Assembly: GCA_963701855.1 (NCBI GenBank)
Contig: CAVPBK010000009.1
Span: forward strand, 96,001-160,000
Length of the DNA: 64,000 bases
DNA from: Nitrospirota bacterium
GTDB lineage: Bacteria; Nitrospirota; Nitrospiria; Nitrospirales; Nitrospiraceae
Direction: 5' to 3'
The notes under the pieces were generated by a model, which saw only the letters and a program-made list of their open reading frames with translations, was not told the DNA's origin and made no database searches. Both the position numbers and the translations under genes were made by a program. Shown here one piece after another: positions 8,271-18,756 of the stretch. Positions within the stretch are counted from its first letter, which is position 1, and every line of letters begins with the position of its first letter.

Positions 8271-9095
8271 TTACCGCAGCAATGCGAGTGCCTGTTGCGG
8301 GAGTGCATTGGCCTGTGCCAACACCGCAATGCCCGATTGTACGAGGACCTGATTCTTCGTGAATTGCGACGTCTCGTAGGCGATGTCTGCATCGCGGATC
8401 CGAGATTCTGCCGCTGTGAAGTTCTCACTCGTGACCTGAAGATTCGAGATGGCGGCCTCGAAGCGGTTTTGAATCGAGCCATAATCCGCTCGGGCTGAGG
8501 CAACCGCACTGATCGCGCTGTCGATGTTGCTCAACGCGCTCTGGGCGTTTGCCGAAGTCGAGATGTCCACAGTTGACAAACCGATGCTCGTCAAGTCCAA
8601 ATCCTTCAGATTGAGTGTGAGCGAGTTGCCCGCTCCGCTCTTGAACCCGACGAAGACTTCGAATGAATTGCTGGCCCCGCTCAACAGCGCCTGGCCGTTG
8701 AACTCCGTGACGGAAGCAATCCGGTCGATTTCGGACCGGAGTGCGCCGAACTCCTGATCCAGATATGACCGTTCGGTGTTGCCGACCGTGCCGCTGCTCG
8801 ACTGCGAAGACAGCTCACGAAGACGGGCCAGCAAGTTCCCGATCGTGGACGCGGCGCCGTCGGCAACCTGCGTCAAGCTGATGCCATCGTTTGCATTCCG
8901 TGTCGCTTGATTGATGCTGCGAATGTGCGCGCGCAAGGTTTCAGATACGCCGAGTCCGGCGGCATCGTCCGCGGCGCGAGTGATTCGCAGTCCCGAAGAC
9001 AAATGTTCAACCGACTTCTGCAAAGACGCCGTGTTGATGCTCAAATTGCGTTGAGCCGCGATAGAAGCCGGGTTGTTGTTGATGATTAAAGACAT
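8271..9095 (-). CDS. fliC: Flagellin (minimal, 274 aa)
   Basis: LSSGLRITRAADDAAG, SRIRDADIA, LAQANALPQ.ALALL. Confidence 0.98.
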   Translation of the reverse strand: MSLIINNNPASIAAQRNLSINTASLQKSVEHLSSGLRITRAADDAAGLGVSETLRAHIRSINQATRNANDGISLTQVADGAASTIGNLLARLRELSSQSSSGTVGNTERSYLDQEFGALRSEIDRIASVTEFNGQALLSGASNSFEVFVGFKSGAGNSLTLNLKDLDLTSIGLSTVDISTSANAQSALSNIDSAISAVASARADYGSIQNRFEAAISNLQVTSENFTAAESRIRDADIAYETSQFTKNQVLVQSGIAVLAQANALPQQALALLR

Positions 9096-9141
9096 GGATC
9101 TACTCCTCCTTGAAAACCGAATGAATCAACCACTCGTACTT

Positions 9142-9159
9142 CCCGGCATCCGTGCCAGG
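9142..9159 (-). promoter_or_regulatory. CsrA-type binding hairpin in the fliC leader
   Basis: CCTGGCA-CGGA-TGCCGGG presents ACGGAT in a loop; second GGA site in the SD (CAAGGAGG). Confidence 0.7.
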
Positions 9160-9224
9160 ATTATTTTGACCTAAGACCACGCCGATAGCATGCATACCGA
9201 CAAGGTTCCCTGGTCGTGTATCCC

Positions 9225-9252
9225 TTATCGGCCCTATCCGGTCTACACTTGA
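9225..9252 (-). promoter_or_regulatory. Sigma28 promoter of fliC
   Basis: TCAAG-N15-GCCGATAA. Confidence 0.88.
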
Positions 9253-9320
9253 GCGGCACTGAGGATCAGGACAAAGAAAGGTCATAGTGGTCGACAACCG
9301 GCAGTATTCGATTAGGAGGT

Positions 9321-9851
9321 TCATCTAGAAGCCAAATACGGGAGGACTTCGAATTCCAGGATATCCGCTAGGCGAACCGGATCTTGAATCGACCGGGCGT
9401 CCAAGAGTTCTTGAACCCAGGAAGAAAGGGCTTGCAGATCGCCTCTAGCGGGACTGCCCTGCCCGGAAGCCTGAAGAAGTTCCACATAATCGGCCAGCTG
9501 CCCGAACCATCGGTCCAAGGCTGAAGGAATGATACCGGTCATACGCAGCGGCGTGAGGAATCCCTGAGCCTCGGCTTTTAATGTCGAGACAAACCGGGTG
9601 ATTGCCGGCGCAGCGTCCGTCATGATCTCCGGAATATCCTGTGAGCACGCATCGACCGGTCCAACCTCTTTGAGCAGTTTACTTAACAGCATTGGCTGAA
9701 GATCACGATCTGTGATCGGACGCCCTCCAAGCTTCAGTGAAGTGACCAACCGATGTCGTGCATATGCGCGATCGCTGACCTGCGCCAGCACCTCTCTGAC
9801 TGGTTGATCCTCACTGACGTCCCACTGATCGTGATCGAGTGTAATACGCAT
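9321..9851 (-). CDS. Hypothetical protein at the end of the glycosylation operon
   Basis: 176 aa with GGAG RBS; C-terminal D.V.LADILEFEV motif; no function recognised. Confidence 0.6.
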   Translation of the reverse strand: MRITLDHDQWDVSEDQPVREVLAQVSDRAYARHRLVTSLKLGGRPITDRDLQPMLLSKLLKEVGPVDACSQDIPEIMTDAAPAITRFVSTLKAEAQGFLTPLRMTGIIPSALDRWFGQLADYVELLQASGQGSPARGDLQALSSWVQELLDARSIQDPVRLADILEFEVLPYLASR

Positions 9852-9884
9852 GGTTCAGCTCCTTGTGAAAGATATGTGCGTTAT

Positions 9885-11552
9885 TTAGACGGAGTTCTGC
9901 ATCATCGGCAACGAGCGCTGTCGTTTCTCAATCTGCACCGGTGCGGCTGACAAGAATTTTCTGGTCCGATCGAAGCGCTGCTGCCAGCGTTGATAGGCCT
10001 TCACCTGCCGATCGGCCAACATCGTCAAACCGACAACATCATCGTTATGTATGTCTCTGATCATGGCAACGGTAGCCGGGCCGGTGACAGAATGGGCCAT
10101 CATCCGAGGCAGAAGCTGCTCTCGCTCTTGTCGAAGCCGCGCCTGTTCACGTTGTAGCATTGAGACCGGCAGCGGGTGACGTCGCGTGAGCGCTACAATA
10201 TGCCGAGCGTGCTGTTCCAGCCGGCGCAGCGGCTGAACCGCTTCTTTCATCCAGGCCAGCGCATGATCGTGGTCCGGCGCGGGTTCGGAATTCGGAGCCA
10301 ACTGACTCGGCTTGCCAGTGAAATCTTCATACCAGAATCTCCTCCAAAAGGCGGCATACCACGCAACGCCGGCATCCACATGTCCCGCGCGTAAGATGAA
10401 GGAGCCAAGTCCATCGATATCAGCACTGGATTGATACACGCGCACACCTGCGCTCCAGGAGGGAAACGGACCGAGTCCTATAGCATGAAGACAGAGACTC
10501 GCGACCTCTTCAGGAAGAAGTCGATCTTTGCACGCATGGTGGGCACAGATTTGGTCGAATCCACAAGGCGAGCAGGCAAGATCAGGCTGAATCACCCAAT
10601 GGCCTGGCCCATAGGGCCCTGTTTCATGGTGATCGACATGGCCGACTGACAGATCAATAACCGGGGTTCCGACGCCGACCGCAAGATGCATCGGTCCTGT
10701 GTCGTTCGTGAGGAGCAGCTGACAGCGCGAGAGCAGACCGACGAGTTGATGCAGTGTCGTTTGACCGCTTGCATCGAGAATCGGTGCGGCTCCCCCACTG
10801 GCTCGATAGGTCGATTTGGCCAGCTCGATTGAATCCGCCTCAGCAGCCGTGCCGATCATGACAAATCCCACATCTGAGTGAAGGCTCAGCCGAGCCATCG
10901 TCCTGCCAAAGTACTCCGGTCTCCAGGCTTTCATGATATCGCTGGCTCCGGCCTGTACGGCGATCCATCGCCGGGCGATTTGGCCCTGAGACCGAAGAAA
11001 GACGTCGGCCCAGGCTCGACCATCGGCTGGAACGGTGACCGACAGCGGCGAAAATGCGCCGGGGCCGCTGCCGCCCATGGCATAGAGGTCCACCAGATTG
11101 AACCGGTTGAAACATCGATGCCGATGCAGATCCGTGAAGTAAGACAGCCAGGGATTCTGCACGCTGGGACTTCCGTCCGGCCCTGCTGTAATCCCCCGCA
11201 ACTCTGGTGCGCCGATATATGAGGCAAGCAAGCCGGTCTGGCGATTGAAGGTGAGATTGACGATGCGATCGTACCCCGCTTCTCGCAGCGGCGCAGCCCA
11301 GGCTGTCATCTCTTGCATGAGCGTCACAAGACTCTTGGATTGTGTGCGGCAGTCATCGAGTAATCGTGTAAAGTCGCAACTGATGACCTGTCGAAGTCCA
11401 GTCAGGAGTGCGGCCGTCGGCGCAAAACTTCGATCGACTACCAGGTCGATCGCAACATCGAGCCATTCCTCGCGCAAACGTGACAACAAGGGACCGGTCT
11501 GAATCAGATCCCCCATGCGAGTCACATTGATGATCAGCACTTGTTTCGTCAC
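9885..11552 (-). CDS. Glycosyltransferase family 9 with C-terminal extension
   Basis: TRMGDLIQ, NDTGPMHLA, ETGPYG motifs. Confidence 0.9.
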   Translation of the reverse strand: MTKQVLIINVTRMGDLIQTGPLLSRLREEWLDVAIDLVVDRSFAPTAALLTGLRQVISCDFTRLLDDCRTQSKSLVTLMQEMTAWAAPLREAGYDRIVNLTFNRQTGLLASYIGAPELRGITAGPDGSPSVQNPWLSYFTDLHRHRCFNRFNLVDLYAMGGSGPGAFSPLSVTVPADGRAWADVFLRSQGQIARRWIAVQAGASDIMKAWRPEYFGRTMARLSLHSDVGFVMIGTAAEADSIELAKSTYRASGGAAPILDASGQTTLHQLVGLLSRCQLLLTNDTGPMHLAVGVGTPVIDLSVGHVDHHETGPYGPGHWVIQPDLACSPCGFDQICAHHACKDRLLPEEVASLCLHAIGLGPFPSWSAGVRVYQSSADIDGLGSFILRAGHVDAGVAWYAAFWRRFWYEDFTGKPSQLAPNSEPAPDHDHALAWMKEAVQPLRRLEQHARHIVALTRRHPLPVSMLQREQARLRQEREQLLPRMMAHSVTGPATVAMIRDIHNDDVVGLTMLADRQVKAYQRWQQRFDRTRKFLSAAPVQIEKRQRSLPMMQNSV

Positions 11553-13363
11553 ACCAAGTCTTTCGTCTCGGACCGATACTCGTCCAACATGAGTACCATC
11601 AGGTCATCGCGGGACAGAGCGCCCATGGAACCTCGTGAACGAATCTGTGCCGCGAGCTGCTTCAGCTCCACCCGTTGGGTGGAAGGAAACGTTCGCAGGG
11701 TCGCTGCTAGAGAAGGAAATGAATCGGCGGCTGTTGCGGCTAGAGCTTCTGCCTGACGGGCTCCTCGCAGAATCGACCCGATACGATCCGGGCTGGCGAC
11801 GCCGATCTGGGACAGCAGATCGCGCATGCGGTGTGCATAGGTATGTTCGGCAAGGACGCGTCGGCGGGCTTGCGCCGCCATGGCCACACGCTGCTCTGGT
11901 TCGTGAAGCCAGCGGGTGATTTTTTCTGGGAGTTCATCTGGAGATGACACGGTGGCCATTTCACTCTCGGTGAATAGACCCGGCATCAGTGACCGACGGT
12001 CAGTAAGCTGAAAGGCTCCGCATGCGGCCAGTTCAAAGGTGCGGGGATTGACAAAATCCCCGTCAGGGTCGAGCCCAGCCCCGGCCCAAGAATGCAGGTT
12101 GATGTTCACGGCGCTCGCGTTAAATACTTTCTGACAGGTGTCGGTATCGATTCGTACGCCGTTGCGTTGAAGTACGGAGGTCAGTTCGGTCGCACCATCC
12201 CATTCGTTGCCCCAGAGCTTGAATGTCCAATCATGACCGAGGAGTCGAGGAAAGATCTCGCGGCGGTTGGCATAGCCCGCGCCGACAAATGAGACATCCG
12301 ACCCGTACTCCTCTCGTTCAGCCTGGGTCAATTCCAAGGGGCGGTGTACAGAAGGGTCGGCTGCCATCGGAAGATACCGCACTTCCTTCGCGCCTGCTTG
12401 CTTAAGCGCAGCGATGCAAGGCTCTTGCTGAATCACGAACCAAAAATCATAGCCAGCCGCCAGCTGCTGCCAATAGGTCAGGTGCCGATAGTTTTCGACA
12501 AACCACATCGCCGTCAGAAATTTTTTGCGCCGAAGATGCTCTAGCGCCGGAAGGATTAATGGAGCCTGCGCGAGCGACAGCACAATATCGGGTGGATCTT
12601 CTGCCAACTGGGCCATCGTGACCCGGCTCAGCATCTCCGCATACTTACTCTGCAAGGCCAGTCGATGTTGAGAATTCTTGAGCAAGTCCAGCTGGTGATA
12701 GCTCAGGGCATGGACGCTATGATCGAGCCAGCGGACGTCATGTCCGAGCGATTCAAGCGCGCTGACCGCATAGCGGGTAATGGGCAGAGAGCCTCCGTAG
12801 ATCGGCCCCACGACGGCAATGCGCAGCTGCCCGCCGGCCTGGGCCGAAACTCTCCGCTGCAAGGCCGTTTCAATGGCACGATGGTCGTTCGCATGCAGCT
12901 CAGCAGCCGGAGCATAGGTGACGAGTCGTAGTGGATGGCCGGCATCGGCGAGCTGATCACAAATCGCCTCTGTGGCACCCCACGCCCACGACAAGCGCTC
13001 GATCCAGTCACCCCATGTACGAACAGCCGCCGCATCGGCTAAGACGCTCAGATCGGGAGCGACGAGGACGACCGGCGCGGTCCGAGGCAGCCGTGCGCAC
13101 AACGCCTCGACATGGTAGAGCAAGCCCACCCCGAAGACTACGAGCGTCTCGCCCTCCTGATAGCTCTGGCTCTCGGCCCAAGCCTGCGCTTCTTTTATGG
13201 GATCGTAGGCGCTGTGAATCCAACGCCCATTTGCGCGCGCCGACGGCATACCGGTGCGTGCCGGCATGATCTCCAATGTGCCTCCCCCACTCTGGCGGAT
13301 TGCCACTGCTAGAGCAGAATCGCTCTGTGCCAGCCGGCTGACATTGGACTCGAAGGAGTTCAT
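11549..13363 (-). CDS. Maf-like N-terminal domain fused to a CgeB-type glycosyltransferase
   Basis: HSAYDPIKEA..FGVGLLYH (Maf N-term-like); DVSFVG, NPRTFELAACG, EHTYAHR (CgeB / Glyco_trans_1_2); ATG 13363 overlaps the upstream TGA. Confidence 0.8.
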   Translation of the reverse strand: MNSFESNVSRLAQSDSALAVAIRQSGGGTLEIMPARTGMPSARANGRWIHSAYDPIKEAQAWAESQSYQEGETLVVFGVGLLYHVEALCARLPRTAPVVLVAPDLSVLADAAAVRTWGDWIERLSWAWGATEAICDQLADAGHPLRLVTYAPAAELHANDHRAIETALQRRVSAQAGGQLRIAVVGPIYGGSLPITRYAVSALESLGHDVRWLDHSVHALSYHQLDLLKNSQHRLALQSKYAEMLSRVTMAQLAEDPPDIVLSLAQAPLILPALEHLRRKKFLTAMWFVENYRHLTYWQQLAAGYDFWFVIQQEPCIAALKQAGAKEVRYLPMAADPSVHRPLELTQAEREEYGSDVSFVGAGYANRREIFPRLLGHDWTFKLWGNEWDGATELTSVLQRNGVRIDTDTCQKVFNASAVNINLHSWAGAGLDPDGDFVNPRTFELAACGAFQLTDRRSLMPGLFTESEMATVSSPDELPEKITRWLHEPEQRVAMAAQARRRVLAEHTYAHRMRDLLSQIGVASPDRIGSILRGARQAEALAATAADSFPSLAATLRTFPSTQRVELKQLAAQIRSRGSMGALSRDDLMVLMLDEYRSETKDLV

Positions 13364-14550
13364 TGCACGCCTTGCAAAGACAGGCGCTGTTTCATTAACT
13401 GCCTCCAGACAGCGGCTCGTTGATCTTCTTGTGGTTCTCTGCCGCCCACTAACTTGAAGATGGCTCCCCATTCGTCATGGTGAGAATGCCACAAGGACCA
13501 CCTTGCGACTGGTTCTTGTTGCGGCACTGTAGCGGGCTCTCGAATCATCTTCACACTGGCTTGGATTGGCCAGGTCTCCGGCTGGGCGCAATCCGCTTGC
13601 CACACCAAGTGGCCCTGTCCATAGGGCCCGGTTTCATGCACGCGCGCGCGTGAGAAATAGAACCCCATCGCGCTGGTTCCGACAGCCGCTGCCAGATGCA
13701 GCGGACCCGTGTCGGCACCGACGGCCCAGTCACATCGTTTCAAAATCGCGGCGAGCTGCGAAAGAGTCGTGCGCCCAGTGGCATCCCACAAACGCCCTGC
13801 AATCATCGGCGAGAGCCCATCCTGAATTGCAAGGGCAGTGGTCTGGTCACGTTCGGCCCCGACCAAAACAACCGCGCAGGGCGAATCGTAAGCGAGCACT
13901 GTTGCGATCCAATCTATCCAGACTGCCACGGGTATCGATCGATCCGCGTCGCCCGCCCCCACGACCACCGCGATCCATTGCCCTGCCGAGATGCCGACCT
14001 CAGCCAGGTCACCAGGAAGATCGATCGAGGAAAGTCGCAAGATGGGCGGAACCGATGGGGGGGGCACTCCGCACAAGCCACAGAAGGTATCGGAGAGATG
14101 AATGCGATTGGATCCCCGCGTAGTTGCGACGTGGCGCAGATACGATGCCCAGGGTGACAGCTGTTTGTCCAACGGCCCGTGCAGGTTGGGGCCTTGAACC
14201 TCTGTGGCCAATAACGTGGCTGCCAGAACTGCCCGTGGGTGATGATTTAGCACGTAGGCCATCGTATATGGCTCGGTCGTCAACTCTGTGAGGTACTGCT
14301 CGACTTCACGCAACCATGACGGCTGGAACTCTCCGACGAAGGACTCGGCCCATGCGTGCCATTGTGCTCCGTTCCACTTCAAGACATGCCCCACTTCCGG
14401 AAAAAGCATGGCGAGGTCCACCAGCGGCGCAGGACAGAGCAGGTCGAGAGTCCGGTGCGGATACTGAGCCGTGAGCGAGGCGATGGCCGGCAAACTCTGG
14501 ACCAGATCGCCCAGCCGAGCAAGCTGAATCATGAGGCAGCGTGGCGTCAT
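13360..14550 (-). CDS. Glycosyltransferase family 9
   Basis: QLARLGDLVQ, DTGPLHLAAA, ETGPYG. Confidence 0.9.
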   Translation of the reverse strand: MTPRCLMIQLARLGDLVQSLPAIASLTAQYPHRTLDLLCPAPLVDLAMLFPEVGHVLKWNGAQWHAWAESFVGEFQPSWLREVEQYLTELTTEPYTMAYVLNHHPRAVLAATLLATEVQGPNLHGPLDKQLSPWASYLRHVATTRGSNRIHLSDTFCGLCGVPPPSVPPILRLSSIDLPGDLAEVGISAGQWIAVVVGAGDADRSIPVAVWIDWIATVLAYDSPCAVVLVGAERDQTTALAIQDGLSPMIAGRLWDATGRTTLSQLAAILKRCDWAVGADTGPLHLAAAVGTSAMGFYFSRARVHETGPYGQGHLVWQADCAQPETWPIQASVKMIREPATVPQQEPVARWSLWHSHHDEWGAIFKLVGGREPQEDQRAAVWRQLMKQRLSLQGVQ

Positions 14551-14556
14551 AGATCG

Positions 14557-17500
14557 TCAAAACTGTGGGGCGATTTCAGCCAACGCATCCTGTATTGACA
14601 GCGCTCGCGCCAATTCCTCAAGCCCCTCGTAGGAAGGAGCCAGGATACAAAGTGTCCGATATTCCTGTTGTGCAGCGCCGGTCTGTCCGCTTCGCATGAA
14701 CACACCTGCCAGCGCGTATCGAACGGATAAATCGGCCGGGTTTCTCGATACAAAACCTTGGAGCCGCTCGCTCAGTTCCACCCACGAACCGCATATGCTG
14801 CCCACTCGTAAAAGCCAATGAATCGCCTCGGCATCATCCGGGTATTCATTCAATACAGTACAGAAATCATTCCATGCCTGGGCAGACTCGCGTAAGCCCA
14901 CTCGTGCCATCCCTAACCCCATCATTGATTTTCGCCTGTCTCCCTGATGGGTCAGGGCAGTCATGAACGCCTGTTCCGCTTCGGCATATTGTGCCCGCTG
15001 CATGTCGAGGATGCCGTGCAATACCCAGCCCTCGCCATCCTGGGGAAATCGCTTCAGCAATGCGCCAAGATGAGCGTCTGCCTCCGACAAATTCCCTTCT
15101 TCCAACGCCATGCGTGCCAGAGCCCTTCTGGCTGTCAGATCATCATCGTTCTGCAACAGTTTCTCGTAGAAGTGCCGGCTCAGTGGCGCATGGCCGATCT
15201 TGGTACAGAGCCAGGCGCCCCAGCTTAGAACATCTGCGGCGGCGGGCCATTCATCCCATCTGGCCAGAAGAGACTCCACCAGTGGGATATCTTGACGAAG
15301 AGCCGCACGTTCTGTCTCGACTACCAGGTTCCATGAAGCCTTCTCTCCCTCGTGTCGAAGCGGGCAAAGCTCCAACTGCTCGTTGTCCCCGTCCTTCGTG
15401 TGGACGGACCGGTACCCATCCTCGTAATAATAGAGATCTTCGTCTGCCAGCCACCATCGCTGCCGCCATCGAGCGAGGAATCGGAGCGCGTTTTCCTGAT
15501 CATGAGTTTTGCGTCCTGGCGTTTGACTTTCAAGGTGATAGAGGACGCTCAACGGTTGATAGGTAATCTGCCAACCTTTATCGGTAACCTTCAAACAGAG
15601 GTCGACATCTTCGAACCCGTTCTGAAATTCTTCGTCAAATCCACCTGCGGCCTCAAAGATCTCCCGCCTAATCAGCATGCACGCTGCTGTGACAGATTGG
15701 AATGTTCGACGCTGGTTGACCGCCGGATGGTCCCGATGAAAACGGCGATAGAGATGATATGGCATGAGCCCTTCCCGTGAGAAGACGACTCCTGCATGTT
15801 GAATCGTGTCGTCTTCATAGAGCAGTTTGCTTCCCACGACCCCGACATCTGGATGAGATGTGACCTCAGCAACCAGCGCGGTCAGCCAATTATTCAGCGG
15901 GATCGTATCGTTGTTCAAAAAGATGAGGAAGCGTCCCCGTGCCACCCGAGCGCCCTGGTTACAGGCCTTGGCGAAGCCGAAATTATCGTTGTTTCGGATG
16001 ATCTGGATATCGCCACTCAGCTGATTGAGGAAATGTGCCGTGCCATCGGTCGAATGATTGTCCACTATGACAACTTCGTAGGAGATGCCGGATGTGACTC
16101 TCGCCAGTTCTGTCAAGCACTGCTCTGTCAACTCCTGTTTATTCCACACCGGAATGATGATGGAACAGTCGAAGCGTGCAGCCGAAGCGGCTGGTGTGTG
16201 CGTTGTGCCTTGACCATATCGCGCCCGCAGACGTGTTTCTTCGGGGTTGGCAATTTCCGGCCTATTGGACAGGCCTTCGGGAGAGTGCCAATAGAGTCCC
16301 GTCACTTTAGGGATATGGAGTAACTGACGGCTGGCGCCCAGGCGAAGCCAAAATTCCTGGTCTCCCAATGCCACATAACTCTCGTCGAAGAAACCGACAT
16401 CCTGGTGGACGGATCGGCGCCACATAGGATGAGGGCCTACAAGGCAACGGCGGCACAGATCGCTATAGCAGTACTCAGGCCATTGCCACATCCCTTCGCG
16501 TTGATGATGTTCAAAGGTTTGGTGTGGGTATCTGGTCAAATAGGTATCGCCATAGACCAGAGCAACGTCCGGATGTTCATCGAGTGTTCGTGCAAGGATC
16601 TCGTAGGCATCGGGTCGGAGGCGGTCATTTGTACTGAACGGGGTCACGTAAGTACCGTTCGCTACCTTTAACGCCATATTCCATGCGGCATAGACCCCAA
16701 TTCTTGTCGGGGTCCTGAGATAGGTGATGTTCTTGTATCGCTCCTGAAAGGTGGACACGATGGCTCGCTCGTTCTCCGGAGACGCGGCCTCCACCACAAT
16801 GATTTCCATTTGCTGGATGATTGTCTGATTCTCCAGATCTTCGAGACACTCCCGCATAAATGCCTCAGCCCGATAGCTGGAGACAATCACCGAAATCAGC
16901 GGAGTATCCGCCGCAGCCTTGCGTCCGATTGACACGACTCGTGATTTGCTCAGGCAGCGATTTGTAAACAATGCATTGCCATGCGTGGGCGATTGTGGTG
17001 ATAACGGTGCAAATGAGACGAGTTGATGGTCAGAAGCGAGCACCGCTACGAGATCGTCGAGACATCGGGCTCCTTGATAGATCTCTTCAAGACTTGCTTC
17101 GACATAGAGCACTTGAATGTGGCTCTTGAGCTCGGAGGACAACGAGGACAGGATTTGGTGTTCAGCGCCTTGCACGTCGAGAAGAAGCATGTCGGGCCTC
17201 AGCAAACCAGCTGTTTGAATAACCTGGTCGAGTGTCCGGCATTCGACTCGAGTGGCGCGTACTTCCCTGACGTGAGGAAAGATCTCCCGGTGTTTACCCA
17301 GCCGCAGGAGGGAGCTGGACTCCCCATCATTATTGGTAATGAAAAAGTCCTGCTTTCCATTGTGATCTGACAGAGCAAAGGGGAACACGCGGACACGGAC
17401 GTCTGTCGTCTCAAGCTGCTTCAACTGTCGAGCCAATTCCGGGATGGGCTCGAACAAGTAAATGTGCTCAAGATTTGGAAAGAGTTGATCGAAGAGTTGC

Positions 17501-18756
17501 CGCTCTTGGTAACGATGGGCCCCACCGACACAAAGCACGCGAATATTCCTGGCAATCGGGGTACATGCAAACGAGCTCAGGAGATCATGCTGTGATTGTC
17601 CAGTCACCATGGGTACATCCTTTGGCAATGCAGGAGTTGATCTTGGCGCGGACCCCTGAATGATCCCAGGCCTGGATGTATGCTGATTTTTGACCAGCGG
17701 GACTGAAAACGATATCGCTCGGTCGATGACTTGTTCGGAGCAGTACACATCCCATTCATTGTTCAGCGCCACACGCTGGTACGCCTCGGTGCGCGATGTG
17801 AGTCGGTCAGCGATGGATCGGCGAGCCATTAGCGATAACTGGAGAGGAACCTCCAGGGACTGTTCAAGACCCCAACGCGTGCCCGGTGTGACCTGAGTGA
17901 GGCGATTGTGGGCTCGTGCGAGAGCTTCGAGATACGGAATGAAACAATGGGTCAAACCAGAAATCGTCAAGCGATAATGCGGATGAGATACCGGGATGGC
18001 CAAATCAGGACTGGCCCGTTTGAGTGAATGAAAGTGATAGAAAATAAGCGCGACGTTTTCGACCAAAGTGTGGCCTTCGCTGGAGGCACGTATGTCATAT
18101 TGATCATGATTCCATGGTCCAACACCTCCGCCGTGGTGTTGCAGAACAGTCACTCCCTTGAAGCGCGTCGGCCAGTCTTCTAGATAGAGTTGGTCACCCA
18201 TCTTCCCCTGTTCGTACCGCGCAAAACACCATTCGAGACAGCGCGCTCTCCACCAGCGCAGGGCTTGCAATCCTTGCGGATCCCGTCGAAAACTCAGGAG
18301 GCCCACATTGAATCGGCCATTGTGCGGGCTCAGGTGAGCCTGGCTTGGCGAGAACCGATGTTCGTGGATGAGAATAGAATTCTGTCCCAGTTCCGCGAAG
18401 AGAGGTTGAGGCGATGAGAAGAAGAATAGATCCGCATCGAGGTAGGTCAGAAGATCAATCCTCCGGTCGCGCTCCAGAACGCGCAGTATAATCGTCGGGG
18501 TCATGGTCCAGTAGTACTCGACTAACGAGCGGGACTGTTTGGTCTTCAGCAACGCCTCGTCTCTCTGCTCGATCTCATGCAGGGGAATCAGGCAAATTTC
18601 AGGAATGGCAAGCTGAGCCAGGATGATGCGCGTGATCTCATCCATGCAGACGACAAACAGAGTAAAGCGAGAGGTCTCCTGCTGCCTGAGGGATTCAAGA
18701 AGCGCAAGACCACGAGTGAGGTATCGACAGTCAAAATAGGTGCAGTAGTAGCGCAT
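14557..18756 (-). CDS. ~1400 aa fusion: GT-A-like glycosyltransferase, FkbM methyltransferase, two GT2 domains, TPR repeats
   Basis: YCTYFD..YLDADL..GDQLYL; VGGAH..FEP..LDVQGAE; ISVIVSSY; SIIIPVWN..VDNHSTDGT..FLNNDT..EDVDLC; C-terminal TPR helices; ATG 18756 overlaps the upstream TAA. Confidence 0.85.
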   Translation of the reverse strand: MRYYCTYFDCRYLTRGLALLESLRQQETSRFTLFVVCMDEITRIILAQLAIPEICLIPLHEIEQRDEALLKTKQSRSLVEYYWTMTPTIILRVLERDRRIDLLTYLDADLFFFSSPQPLFAELGQNSILIHEHRFSPSQAHLSPHNGRFNVGLLSFRRDPQGLQALRWWRARCLEWCFARYEQGKMGDQLYLEDWPTRFKGVTVLQHHGGGVGPWNHDQYDIRASSEGHTLVENVALIFYHFHSLKRASPDLAIPVSHPHYRLTISGLTHCFIPYLEALARAHNRLTQVTPGTRWGLEQSLEVPLQLSLMARRSIADRLTSRTEAYQRVALNNEWDVYCSEQVIDRAISFSVPLVKNQHTSRPGIIQGSAPRSTPALPKDVPMVTGQSQHDLLSSFACTPIARNIRVLCVGGAHRYQERQLFDQLFPNLEHIYLFEPIPELARQLKQLETTDVRVRVFPFALSDHNGKQDFFITNNDGESSSLLRLGKHREIFPHVREVRATRVECRTLDQVIQTAGLLRPDMLLLDVQGAEHQILSSLSSELKSHIQVLYVEASLEEIYQGARCLDDLVAVLASDHQLVSFAPLSPQSPTHGNALFTNRCLSKSRVVSIGRKAAADTPLISVIVSSYRAEAFMRECLEDLENQTIIQQMEIIVVEAASPENERAIVSTFQERYKNITYLRTPTRIGVYAAWNMALKVANGTYVTPFSTNDRLRPDAYEILARTLDEHPDVALVYGDTYLTRYPHQTFEHHQREGMWQWPEYCYSDLCRRCLVGPHPMWRRSVHQDVGFFDESYVALGDQEFWLRLGASRQLLHIPKVTGLYWHSPEGLSNRPEIANPEETRLRARYGQGTTHTPAASAARFDCSIIIPVWNKQELTEQCLTELARVTSGISYEVVIVDNHSTDGTAHFLNQLSGDIQIIRNNDNFGFAKACNQGARVARGRFLIFLNNDTIPLNNWLTALVAEVTSHPDVGVVGSKLLYEDDTIQHAGVVFSREGLMPYHLYRRFHRDHPAVNQRRTFQSVTAACMLIRREIFEAAGGFDEEFQNGFEDVDLCLKVTDKGWQITYQPLSVLYHLESQTPGRKTHDQENALRFLARWRQRWWLADEDLYYYEDGYRSVHTKDGDNEQLELCPLRHEGEKASWNLVVETERAALRQDIPLVESLLARWDEWPAAADVLSWGAWLCTKIGHAPLSRHFYEKLLQNDDDLTARRALARMALEEGNLSEADAHLGALLKRFPQDGEGWVLHGILDMQRAQYAEAEQAFMTALTHQGDRRKSMMGLGMARVGLRESAQAWNDFCTVLNEYPDDAEAIHWLLRVGSICGSWVELSERLQGFVSRNPADLSVRYALAGVFMRSGQTGAAQQEYRTLCILAPSYEGLEELARALSIQDALAEIAPQF

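Noticed and set aside
9100..9324. 74 aa ORF upstream of fliC
   Set aside because: Spans the fliC promoter and CsrA leader; no coding features
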